DNA of 63,363 nucleotides, counting the filler, from Octopus bimaculoides (taxonomy: Eukaryota), in the NCBI RefSeq assembly GCF_001194135.2. It is 8 parts of 7 records of this genome, joined end to end, with 100 filler letters (N's around TTAATTAATTAA, not from the genome) between each part and the next. Parts side by side here need not be neighbours in the genome. Positions count along the whole stretch, not along the records: positions 17,012 to 28,071 come from NC_068991.1; positions 28,172 to 49,567 come from NC_068997.1; 6 more parts are not named here. One strand, given 5' to 3'. Shown in pieces: positions 24,811 through 37,604 of the stretch (the stretch's first letter is position 1; each line of letters begins with the position of its first letter). The notes beneath the pieces were generated by a model. The model worked only from the letters and a program-made list of their open reading frames with translations, had not been told where the DNA came from and did no database searches. The translations under genes and the position numbers were made by a program.

Positions 24811-27800
24811 TATATAGACTGAGAGAAATAGAGAAATATGTGAATATATGTATGCTCGGGTGTGCATCTGTGTGCATACGTAAATATTCCTTTCTACTAT
24901 AAGCACAAGACCTGAAATTTGTTGGGAGGGAGCTAGTCGATGACATCGATCCAGTGTTCAACTGATACTTATTGAATCGGTTCCGAAAGGATGAAAGGCG
25001 GACGAAATACCGCTAAGCATTTTGCCCGGCATGATTAACGATTCTACCTGCTCGGCACAGAAGTTAATTATTAAGAGTTAATCATTCGTCATCGCAGTAC
25101 AGATCAACCTCATCTGTTTGAAGTTTATTTAGCAGGTTCAACCCGATTTGTTTTTGATTTTTTTTTTTTTAGTTGTATCATTAGCACCTATACTTATCCT
25201 AGTTTGTAATAGAGGATATCTTTTATGAACTGCCTAAATTGGTGTTACTTATAAACCGACCCCTGAAATATAAATGTGTATTATATATATAGATGTATGT
25301 TCGTAACTAAACAGTACGTGACTGCTGAAACACCTCTCAGCAAAGATCTACTACGTCAGGTTTAAACATCTACTGGTAAAAACCAACTCAATCGCTTTTA
25401 TGTGATGATTCGTTTGTACTAGTACTTGTTTTAAATTCTGTTGACAACAGTTACTGAGAATTATGTGGAGTCCCTTATGTCAAGATTGTTTACGTTCTTT
25501 ATAACTTCATGTTCATTCAGTCAAACTGGTTTTCTCTATTTGTATTTGTCGCCAACCCAGATACAAGACATAGTGTCCAGTTGATACAACCTTGTATAAA
25601 TTCGATCTTAGCTATTTGTTGATTGTTATTTTTCATTCTTCTTTTTATATTCTGTTTCTTCACGAGCAGCTACTGTCCGAATCAGCTCTAATACTTCCGA
25701 TAACCATTATCAATATACTATTTTATATTGTTTTTTGACGATGGTCCACAGTCCGAAATTTTCTTTCCTTTTCGTGTTTTGTTTTTTCTTTTTGTTTTTT
25801 TTTGTTTGTTTTTTTTTTACATGATGAAATTTATTATTTTGTAATCCTGTTTGCATTCGTTTTTACTCCTGACGTTTTGGTACTAGTTAGTAAAGAAAGT
25901 GGCCCGAAGTGGAGATCAAATGAACATAGTAGCTGTCATGAAATTTGAAAATTAGCGTGAGATGAAAATGTAAAAACTCTAACAAATAATGGTAAGAGTT
26001 AATTATTTATCTTGTGTATATTAAAGACACTTAAGCTTTACGTATAACTCAATAAAGATAAATCAGAGGTTATTATCCACAAATTCAGATAGGAAGACAC
26101 AAAAATGCTTAATACATTTTACACTTATTACAATATGCTGCTTAGATTAGGAATCTCGCTCTGGCATAAGCTCAAGTTGAAGTTTTTCATATGATTCAGT
26201 GTAAAAGACTAAGGATAATTTAATTCAAAATCAATATTTGTTATCAAAGGATTTAATCAACGTAGTTTGTTAAAACGATAGACGAAAAATCCAACTTTTG
26301 ACTCCAAGCTTCAGCCTTACAAGAGTTTAAAAAATCAAATGAAACACTTTCTGAAATGTTTACGTTAAACCAATAAATATAGAGATGAACGGTGTATATG
26401 TTAGTGAATATGATGCAGAACCCTTCCTTGCTTCCAAGTTTTTGGTGAAGGAGATACATTATTGTAAATTGTGACCGCTTTATAAATTTTCCCATCCTAT
26501 TCATTTGACAATTTGTTCTCCTGCAAGAAATTCAACTAAAATATGGTTGCTTAGTATGCAATACATTCTAGTCTGTTCTTCCCTGCATTAAAAACCAGCG
26601 TGGAAGTGAATATGTATCCATTTCTCAAACTCTAACAATAAACCTACATATGAATAACAAATAGAACGAAACGACTTCAATACATACAACAACAAAAAAA
26701 CCATACAATCCAGTTTAATAAATGGAGGCGTTAACTTTAGATAGAAAAAGTCTCTTGATAAAACATCGTGTAAAACGAATTCCTATCCTCACGTACATCA
26801 TTATTAGAATTTCTGACATCATATAACTTTAAAACATCCGTGAACACCATATTTGGATATTTTGAACATTCCAGTAATATATTTGTATATCTTTGTCTCG
26901 CTTTTCAGTTAATATTGTAAATATTCACATTTATAAATAAAAGTTTATATACGGATATATATCCATACATACTCACTCCTCTCATTTAATATCATCTTTT
27001 ACTTTCCATACAACTCCAGACATATCTATATGATCTTGGTGTCTACTGTAACATAGCTACCGCATAATTTTTATGAAAGTTGTCGTGTGTAAACTAGCTG
27101 AAACATATTTCAAGACTTAAAATCGATGTTAACATCGGGTTATTTCGTTTATCAATTCTTTCAAATATTTTTCTATCGAAGCTTTTACTGCGTCAAATTT
27201 TTCAATAACAAAATTTATTTACATCATCAATACTTAAAACTCAAATCAAACTAAAGTTTTCATCATTTTGAGATATTGTTGTTTGATTTCATTTTGTATT
27301 TAATCTTATACTTCGAGGGAGAGATAAATAGTTCGGGTTTTCCACTGCTTTCGTAAATATTCAGCTGCCATAGATCAGCGTCTATATAATAGCAGTAATC
27401 AAGATATCTTATTCTCTCTAAGAATTTCCCCTGAAGACGTTTATCACGATTTCACCCATGTGATCATGGTAGCTAACAGAAGCATGGCAAGACCGAGAGT
27501 ATATATTATATTGTTATTGTATTTATTACACATCTTCGCGCAGATTTGTTGCAGTTTTTGTAATTAATGTTGTTGTCTTGCTGTTGTTGTTGTTGTTGTT
27601 GTCATCTTGTTGTTGTTCTTGTTGTTGTCTTGTTGTTGTTGTTCTTGTTCTTGTTGCTATTCAATAGAAGATGCATTGTAAATCTATCAATCTTTCTTTC
27701 AATATTTATCTCTGTTCAGATAATATTCCATATTTTTTTCTTTTATATTTCCTATTTTCACTTATTCTTTGTGTTTTTGGCTATTTTTTTTCAGTTTTTC

Positions 27801-28509
27801 TATTACTCAGTGCTTCTTCATGGTTCATATTGTGTATACGTGTGCACGTAATTATGTGTCTATACTACACACACATACACACATACACATACACACATGC
27901 ACACACATACACATATACACACATACACGCACACACATATATATGTATGCATAAATACATACACGTATGTATATATATATACATACAAACATACATATAC
28001 ATCATGCATATATATATATATATTATATATATATGCACGTAAATATATGTTATACATATATATATATTTATNNNNNNNNNNNNNNNNNNNNNNNNNNNNN
28101 NNNNNNNNNNNNNNNTTAATTAATTAANNNNNNNNNNNNNNNNNNNNNNNNNNNNNNNNNNNNNNNNNNNNATATATATGATCATATGATGAGAGAAAAA
28201 AAAACCCGATTAGAGAACAACTTTTGGAGACACTAGGCTTATTTTATTCACTGATTCCTTATAAAATGACCAATGAGCTCCGACTTTAGTTTCTTCACGG
28301 GATCTTGAAGTTGAGATTCAGATTTAAGTTTTTAAGAGAGGAAGACAAATAATAATAAAAAAAAAAAATATCCAAAATGTGTGAATTCTGGGTGGGTAGA
28401 TAAGTAAATAGGTTAAGAAATAGTCGCAAATTATGAAAGACCAAAACCTCCAAAAGGAGACTATAAAATAGAAATATTCAAGTGTTATGATATACAGTTC
28501 CTATATCTT

Positions 28510-28890
28510 TTACCTTTTATCTGTTTCAGTCATTAGACTGCGGCCATGCTGGAGGACCGCCTTGAAGAACTTTTAGTCGAATGAATCGACCCCAGTATTT
28601 ATCTTTTTAAAACCCTGGTGCTTATTCAATTTTTTTCTTTTTGTCGAACCGTTAAGTTACGGGGTCGCAAACAAACCACCACCGGTTGTCAAGCGGTGAT
28701 GGGAGACAAACATAGGCACAAAGACACACACACACACACGCACATATTTACGATGGTCTTAGCTCCGTTAACGATATCCACACAGAAGGCTTGGGTCGGC
28801 ACGAGGCTATAGTACAATACATTTGTCCAGGGTGCCTCGTAGTGGGACGGAACCCGGAACCATGTGGTTGGGAAGTAAACTTCTTACCAG
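28510..28890 (-). mobile_element. SINE family A copy interrupted by (CA)n
   Basis: Reverse complement of tail (GACTGAAACAGATAAAAGG) and head (GGTAAGAAGTTTACTTCCCAACCACATGGTTCCGGGTTCCGTCCC). Confidence 0.8.
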
Positions 28891-29089
28891 ACAGTCACGC
28901 CTGCTTCTATGAAAAACAAACAAAAGCATATCGAAGTGTCTGTATTAAACACAGACAGAAACTTAAAGATATAGTCATAGTGATGTGCAAGAAATATTCA
29001 GTATAAAAATAGAAACACATACACACACACATGCATAAACATTTATACGTGTACATATGTATGTATACACACACACACACACACACGTT

Positions 29090-29122
<33 letters not shown>

Positions 29123-29531
29123 AAGTGCGCATTCATACATATATGTCTTATATACAAACGCAACACCCCACACATACATAAGTTACGCGCGCATCGATGT
29201 ATACCGATATTAGTCGGACATAAAATTCAAATGCGCACTTATAATCACTTATCGAAATATATTGGAAGTCTATAAAATGGTATCATACAAACACGGATAC
29301 ACACACGTATAAAATGTGAAGTTACGGGTCTGATAATCAGAGACGTGCTACTTGTAATCGTGTAAGCCAGTACAATCTGTGTATGGTCGGGCTGTTGACG
29401 ATTAAACCGGCAATCCAACCAAGCTTGCTTGGTGGCGAGGATGAATTTTGGACGCCCTGCCGGGTGAAAAATAAAACCTGTCAAAGGGCGTATGAACTCA
29501 AGAGTGTCGAAAGCCACCCAAAACAGTGACT

Positions 29532-29564
<33 letters not shown>

Positions 29565-29706
29565 AAATATATTATATATATATATGTATATATTATAATA
29601 AATATATTATATGTATATATGATGGCATGTATACGTGTGTGTGTGTGTACATGAGAGTGTGTTTGTGCGTACATATTGATATATGTATTTATATAAAATA
29701 CATATG

Positions 29707-29758
<52 letters not shown>

Positions 29759-29769
29759 CTGTATGTGTT

Positions 29770-29807
<38 letters not shown>

Positions 29808-31005
29808 CATGCGTGTGTGTATATAAGTGTGTGCGCGCGCGTGTNNNNNNNNNNNNNNNNNNNNNNNNNNNNNNNNNNNNNNNNNNNNNNNNNNNNNNNN
29901 NNNNNNNNNNNNNNNNNNNNNNNNNNNNNNNNNNNNNNNNNNNNNNNNNNNNNNNNNNNNNNNNNNNNNNNNNNNNNNNNNNNNNNNNNNNNNNNNNNNN
30001 NNNNNNNNNNNNNNNNNNNNNNNNNNNNNNNNNNNNNNNNNNNNNNNNNNNNNNNNNNNNNNNNNNNNNNNNNNNNNNNNNNNNNNNNNNNNNNNNNNNN
30101 NNNNNNNNNNNNNNNNNNNNNNNNNNNNNNNNNNNNNNNNNNNNNNNNNNNNNNNNNNNNNNNNNNNNNNNNNNNNNNNNNNNNNNNNNNNNNNNNNNNN
30201 NNNNNNNNNNNNNNNNNNNNNNNNNNNNNCACACTTTCACTTGAAAGCTGTGCTGTTGGTAGTTTCTTCTAATCTTGCCTTTATTTCTTCGCAGTTTTAA
30301 CGGCTTCAAATATTTCGAGAGTGGCTCTTGTGACGCACAAGCGTTTGTCACTATAACATTGATGAGTAGGAACTTTTTGCTCCTTCATTTTTTTCTTTCT
30401 CTTCTACTCTAGGCACAAGGCCCGAAAGTTTTTTTTTTGGGGGGGGGGAGTCGATTAGATCGACCCCAGTACGTAACTGGCACTTAATTTATCGACCCCG
30501 AAAGTATGAAAGTCAACGTCGACCTCGGCGGATTTTGAACTCAGAACGTAAGGACAGACAAAACGCCGCTAAGTATTTCGCCCATTTTTTTTCTTTCTAA
30601 CACAAGTCAAGATTTGGGCTTCATCATACCACAATGCAACGAAGTATCTTGCAGTGATTAAGTCATCATGCACGACTATGACAATGATGTTTCGTCTCTT
30701 CCGTCGTAAGTGTAAAAAAGGCGGGAGCAGACGTGATTCTGCGGTCATCCAAGTGGAAATGCCCATGATGATGATGATGATGATGACCGCTATCATTCCT
30801 TCTAATGATGTAAATACTATGTAAATATATATTTCATAATTTTTAAAACCATTCGACTCTATTGAACCTCCTGCACTTGATGTCGGTCTTTGTATAAACC
30901 CCACGTTATCCCCTTCCTGATGACAAATAAGGCAAACCACCATCATCATCATCATCATCATCATCACCATCATCACTATTATTATTATTACTATTATTAT
31001 TATCA

Positions 31006-31076
<71 letters not shown>

Positions 31077-31280
31077 GCCTTTGCACAGCTTCTAACGCTA
31101 GAGATGTACTACACTGTCACCTGTTCACTACCAGTGAACTAAGGTAACACCTTATTTTTCGAGCACCTTCCGGAGTATTCGAGCGGTTCCAAGCAGTGCT
31201 GTTTTCTGCAAGTTCTCCACCCTTATTGCAGCCCCTATTTGTTCCACGTACTTCTTGAGATAAAAAAAAACCCTGCTCCA
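31077..31280 (-). mobile_element. 5'-truncated R4/Dong-like non-LTR retrotransposon 3' end
   Basis: KKYVEQIGAAIRVENLQKTALLGTARILRKVLEK* is the typical C-terminus of R4-clade RLE proteins; short 3' UTR; (TAA)n on both sides. Confidence 0.8.
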
Positions 31281-31346
<66 letters not shown>

Positions 31347-31738
31347 CATTATTATTTGCTACTTACATATTTCAGACGTCCTAATATTTTTCCCGCGACA
31401 AATCTCGATGTTTTAAAAGTGTAAAGGAAGTAATTTTCAGTTTGGATTTTATTTCAAACAGGGACCTTTATTTAACATTTTGGAATATATACAACTGGCT
31501 GGGGTTAGACTACAAGGTCGCTTTTTAAAATATTTCCATTTTATTTCGTCGTCTAACGCTAAGATAAACGGTTTCTCCTTCGTCAGGATACGCCCCTAAG
31601 ACATATTACATTGAACAAAACAAAAGAATTGTCAAACAAAAAATATATTTAAAAAATACTAATGGAGATACAAAGAGACAAATGGCAGAAAATGAATAAA
31701 ATAATAGATTTCCAACAGAAAAATAAACCTATCATGAC

Positions 31739-31812
<74 letters not shown>

Positions 31813-33331
31813 GCAGCAGCAACAACAACAACAACAACAACAACAACAACGACGACGACGACGACGACGACAACGACGACGACGACGACGACGACAACAA
31901 CAACAACAATAACAACAGAAGCAGCATTATACAAGCACACATTACACCATACAATATTGGTTTAAAATTTTGGCACAAGGCCAGCAATTTCGGAAGAGTG
32001 GATAAGTCAATTAAATCGACCCTATTGCTCAACTGGTATTTATTTTATTAACTCTGAAAGGATGAAAGGCAAAGTCGGCCTCGGCAGCACCGAACCCAGA
32101 ATGTAAAGACGGACGAAATGCCGCTAAGCTCATTACCCGGTGTGCTCACGATATTGCCAGCTCGCTGCCATCACATCAAACGAAAATATTAAGAAGTGGT
32201 CTTTCGCAAAAACACCTTTGTATGGAATGTTTTGCTGAAAGAACTAAAGCTTGGCAGTATTTTGTTCATCAGATGAAAACCAAACCACCATAACCTGTCA
32301 TAGAGGCGTGTGAGAGGAAGTAGGTAATATACGTGTGCTTTGCCTAGGCCACAGGTACTTCTCTTGTATCATCCACGCAAGATCCGGCTACAGTCCTGTC
32401 AGATACGTTAAGTGAAATCTCCTTTATTGGGAGAGAGCCGGCTTATGGTCCTATATGTAACATATTTAAAGCAGAAAACGGGACTAAAGCGTACATCCAA
32501 TTGTATGTGACAATCTGTTCCATAAGTTGGTCCTGCTGTATTTAGAAGAAGGGACACAATGAACATCTACGACGACATTGAGCTCTGACTAGCATTACCA
32601 TCAAAGCACAATATGGATTGGCGTTTTGCTGTTGGGTTATCAGCCACGCATCCTCTGCTTGCATTCTTCCTTGATGGCTTGAAAGCTAATTCACAATTTA
32701 CCAAATACCGGGTTCCCAGTCTTTTATTAATTGAATGACCAGCTATGGTTTGTTACAGTATAGTTTATAGTGAAGATCATCCAGTTCTATCGACTTGCCC
32801 CTCGCTCAATTTGACATAACATCTGTTATTAACAGAAGCTGAAACCCAATTTCTACACTATTTCATCTGTTCTACCAAGATTTATTTTTAACCATCGAAG
32901 TAGGCATCGAAACCCACCGTATGTAGTCAGTCACATTTCCGAATGGTTTCTCAAACTGCTGCTCACCCTGTGCTCGGTTTCCACGAAGCGTCCCAAACTG
33001 TCTGGCACAATATCGGCTTTAGTTCTTCAAGGCACAGTTCTTATCTCATTCTCAGACTTTGTTTTCTTTATGGCGTCGAAGAAATTTTCAAGTGCTATTC
33101 TTGAAAATTGACCTCGGCTACGAACTTCTACAAACCGCTACTAAATTAACCGATAATTCCTTGTCCAGTCTGGCATTACTTACTATTACTTCTTTACTAT
33201 ATGAGCGAAATGTTCTACAATATCATATGAACACAGTCACAGGATGCACCAGTGAAACAGTTTTATACTTTCGAGTCATTAATGACATACAACTAAAACA
33301 TCCAGAATGGTTGTAAATGATAAATCTCGTA

Positions 33332-33405
<74 letters not shown>

Positions 33406-35319
33406 GAATTAGACTGGGCCTGAACTGCGATCAGAAGCTAGCATGCCAATGTATGATGTAGTGCAGTCAGTCTGTATTAAATATATGGAATGTATATCAA
33501 TGCATCTATTATTTCTTCTAAAGTGTCATAATTTTTGACGGCATGGATATACTAGCAGATATATAAGTACAATAATCTTACAAGCGGAATATATTTAAGA
33601 AAGTGTTTATTTCTTCCCTGGATTAGAAGCTTCCTATCGAAGTGAACCACCGCAGTATAAGCGGATCCACACTATATCAGTTACGGTGTGATCCAATGTT
33701 CTGTATTGGATCGCCCCTCTCTTCTTCTTGTACAATAAATATATGCTTACTTTCATCACAAATATCACTCTCATACCGTTGATAACATCTTTCCGCACGT
33801 AGATGTCATTCACATGCAGCTTAAACACATCCCTGTCAAACCTGCACGAATAGAAAGTTCTGAAACATTCTTCAATGCTGCCTTCGCAACATTATCTCTT
33901 ACAACTGCACAATCAGTACATATTCTTGAAACTGTCCTCTTTATTCTCGGACAAATCGCGTTTAATACCCTTGTAACAAGGTCGGAAGAAAGCTGCTTTA
34001 TATTTATGAACATGATTTATTGTTACATTAATATAAAAAAGGTTTCCATGCAATACAAGACAAGGAATAACCAGATGAAACGACGTATATGACAAGTGCA
34101 GAAAGTCTTAATCAGAAATTCAACATTCGGGCTAATTTTTACCTGTCAGTATATATTCTTGTTGCCGTGGTGTGTTTTGTTCTATCGTGCCAGGTTGAAT
34201 ATGTAGCTGTGAAAACAGCTATGTATAGAGAGTGAATGCCACCAAGGACCGGATCACTTTGAAGTTTTTGCGCTCAAATGAGCTGTATTTGTAGGCTCTG
34301 TTCACGGAAAGTTCTAGTTATGTCACCAGACTATCACATGAACAATAGCTGTTGATTGCATCGAAATTGGGTTTGCGCACATGATCAACTTGTGATTTCT
34401 ATGTGGAAAAACTTGGGGTCAAATCTAACTGTTACGCCCTCTCTCACCACAGAGTTCACGAATCTAGAACGAGACACAGCGCAGAACACATAGTATCCGA
34501 CTATTTGACCAAGACGCGCTCACCAACGTCTAGCTCACAGAGAAAACTACTCACTCACATAGTTTATTTTATGGTTATCACAGTGCTCTCTACTCCTCGA
34601 AAATAACAAGTCGGGTACTATTTTTACCCATGTTCCTCATTACTATGTTCCGTGCTTCACTATGCCAGCTATTTCCTGGTGTACAACGACAACTTACTGG
34701 AATTTGTTGCCGTCCGTGTTTTTCCAGCAGTTGTCAACTCACAGATATTCAAACTAAACATCAATCACATTATCTCTTCAGTCACGGTAGACTTATGAAT
34801 GTCATGGCCACTGATTTCTCCAGCCCATTAAACCATAATCAAAATACAATTAATTAACCGAATATTTTCCTAATCACCTCATTTAACCCTTACTGTGATA
34901 CTTCAGATATCGAAAAGACGGTAAATAATAAAATCCATGTTTTTATTTCATAAGTGTGTAGTAATGTCACTCTATAATTAAATAGTCAATCATATGAATT
35001 TCATGGGGGCTCTCAACGAACACTTTTATGAACTTTTTTTTTACCATGTAAACTAATTACACGGTCAGTGAATGGTGGCTAAGGTTGTACAAAGGCTTGG
35101 AGTTGTCTCCCTTACATGCCTGACGCATTATTTCCGCTAAACTAACCTTAATATATTCATAATCATCGCATTTCACCCGGTTGTTTCTAAAGTTGAAATC
35201 ATTGGAAACAATCAAATCTCTCTATGTTTATTATATATAAAATAATTGATTTTCTGAAATAAAAATATATATCACCAATAATAGACAAACAAGAATTTGT
35301 ACTTTTCATGATATTTTTC

Positions 35320-35820
35320 AGAGAATGAAAACCAGAAAGTGTACTAGCAAAAGGTGGTGTAAAAATGTACGCGAAAAGGTTTCAGGGAAGGACAAAGAGA
35401 TCATTCTCTGGAATATCTCAATATGCAAAGGCAGTTCGATCAAGGTCCATAAACCGAAAAATTTGTCAAAAACGATCAAGAAAGGATGTGTCTTCTGATC
35501 GAAGTGTCAGTCCAAACAAATGATAATGTATCTCGAAAAGAAATAGAGAAGATCTGGAATTAGAGACAACCAGAATGTGGAGATGAAAAATAGAAACAGT
35601 CCCGCTTGTAACAGGTAGCTTTAGAATTATTTAAAAAGAATGTCGAAAATTATACAAACGAAACCTCACACCAACAAATATTCAAATACATACAGAACAC
35701 AATACTTGAAGGCACTGGATACTTATTAAATTGAATAATGTTTAATATAAAACAGAACACACTACTTCTCAGCTCACAGAACTGCGCTCGGATGTGCAGT
35801 GCAGAAGAAATAATAATAAT
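35320..35820 (+). pseudogene. R4/Dong-like RLE-domain fragment
   Basis: KPESVL..ILWNISI..CLLIEVSVQTNDNVSRKEIEK..LELETTRMWR*KIETVPLVTG..IQNTIL; ends GAAATAATAATAAT. Confidence 0.75.
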
Positions 35821-36225
35821 CCTTTCTACTACAGGAACAGCGCCTGAAATTTGGGGGAGGGGGACTTGTCGATTACATCAATCCCAGTGTTTCATTGGTA
35901 CTTAATTTATCGACCCCGAAAGGATGAAAAGTAAAACCGACGTCGGCGAAATTTGAACTCAGAATGCGCGAAATAGCGCTAAGCATTTTGTCCGATAACG
36001 ATTCTGCCAGCTCGCCACCTTACGGAATAATGGTAATGATAATACTAATTCTTTTCTACTCTCGGCATAAGGCTTGAAATTTCGGGTGAGTTATTCGACT
36101 GATATTATTTTATTGGCTTTTGAAAGAAGGACCTTAGCGAAATTTAAACTCAGAATGTAAAGTTGGAAGAAATACCGCTAATTATTTTGCCTGGCGTGCT
36201 AAAGATTCTGCTAGCTTGCCGCCTA

Positions 36226-36292
<67 letters not shown>

Positions 36293-36385
36293 ATAATAAT
36301 AATCCTTTTTACCATAGGCACAAGGACTGAAATTTTGGAGGAGGGGCCAGTTGACACATCGACCCCAGTGCGTAATTGGTATTGA
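35820..36385 (-). mobile_element. Stack of three SINE family B copies separated by short tandem tails
   Basis: Reverse-complement heads ending GCCAGCTCGCCACC (~36020) and GCTAGCTTGCCGCC (~36223); (TAC)n at 36225-36290. Confidence 0.8.
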
Positions 36386-36391
36386 CATACA

Positions 36392-37419
36392 CTGTGAAAA
36401 TATCCTTCCTGTCGTTGTCCCATGCATGGATTTCATGTCCAATATTTCTTCTGTAACATTTAAACTGGAGTCCACTCCACGGCTGAAGATGGCGAGCTGT
36501 GCACTGTCAGTCGTATCATTACTTTCAACGACAGCAAGAGAGTATGCAACAAAGTTTTTACCTTTTTCAGTTGTGTTTTCATACCAGTGGCTATCTCACA
36601 AACTGGATCAGCAATTGTATTTCTGCTAAGGCTTACGTTTGCAAACATCTGTTTTTCGTCTGGATACAAGACGTCACACAATTTCATGCAGTTTTTCAGA
36701 AACTCTCCCTCAGTAAATGATCGGGCTGATTAGGCGATCTCCTCTGCTACAATAGAACTTGCAGCTTCACTTTGTGATTTTGCTTTGGTGAAAAACGCCT
36801 GCTGTGATGTTAGATTCCTCTTCAATCCTTCTACCTTCTGTAGTTTCTGTTCTGCATTCAAGCTTTTTGATTTGTATTGATGATTAGTCTTGTAGTGCCG
36901 TCTTACATTATATTCCTTGATCACAGCCACATTATCTCCACAAATTAGACACACAGATTTACCGCCAATATCTCAGCGGCTTTGAAAGGCTGTTTTCAGA
37001 ATCAACTTTTCTCTTGGCCATTTTAACGGATAGCTTTGATTTAAAATTAAGACTGTACATCTACCGATAGACGCTTGATTGATATGGCAATAAGTGGGAA
37101 GGATTGAAGCAATATCCGGGCGCTATACTACTTTCATCTCTTATGCGCCAATCCAAAACGAGCAACAGGACGTTACGAGATTACTGTAATGACAAACATC
37201 CACGCACTACGCAACGTTCATTTTAACTTGTTCCTATTGACGCGGGAATGCTCTCAGGTAGCCTTTCGTTCGACAAAGCTGCTAAATTGGTGAATTTGTG
37301 GTTTGCACTTCATATCACCGGGCCATTAAAAAAATATTTGCTTATAATTCTCTCGCGGGCTGGATATAATTATTCATAAGGCTGGATGAGGCCCGCGGAC
37401 TTTGAGTTTGACACCTGTG
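36392..37419 (-). mobile_element. 5' half of a hAT transposon (Charlie/SPIN/GTF2IRD2-like), frameshifted transposase
   Basis: MAKRKVDSEN, CLICGDNVAVIKEYNVRRHYKTNH (BED-type finger), FANVSLSRNTIAD, VTEEILDMKSMHGTTTG; terminus CACAGGTGTCAAACTC (37419-37404) flanked by GTCTATAG, close to the Charlie NTCTAGAN target. Confidence 0.9.
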
Positions 37420-37604
37420 CTATAGACCAAGAGTAAGTACCCTGTTCAATAATCCTTCTCCGACTTACTGCGAGAGCACGACCAAAGAGGAATCTTTCAA
37501 CCTCCTCCAACACGCAACCTCTTTCTCCATAATCACCAGACAGAGGAAAATTGCTGTATGCAGTTAGGTGGGCTGCAACATGAGAATAAAGCAATGAAAA
37601 AATC

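Noticed and set aside
29431-29518. Hammerhead ribozyme
   Set aside because: CGTATGA instead of CTGANGA, no G-C pair closing stem II, and no UH cleavage site next to stem III.
30612-30705. Candidate 94-nt exon (pyrimidine tract-AG..GTAAGT)
   Set aside because: No recognisable peptide or partner exons; the sequence runs on into an (ATG)n tail like a retroposon 3' end.
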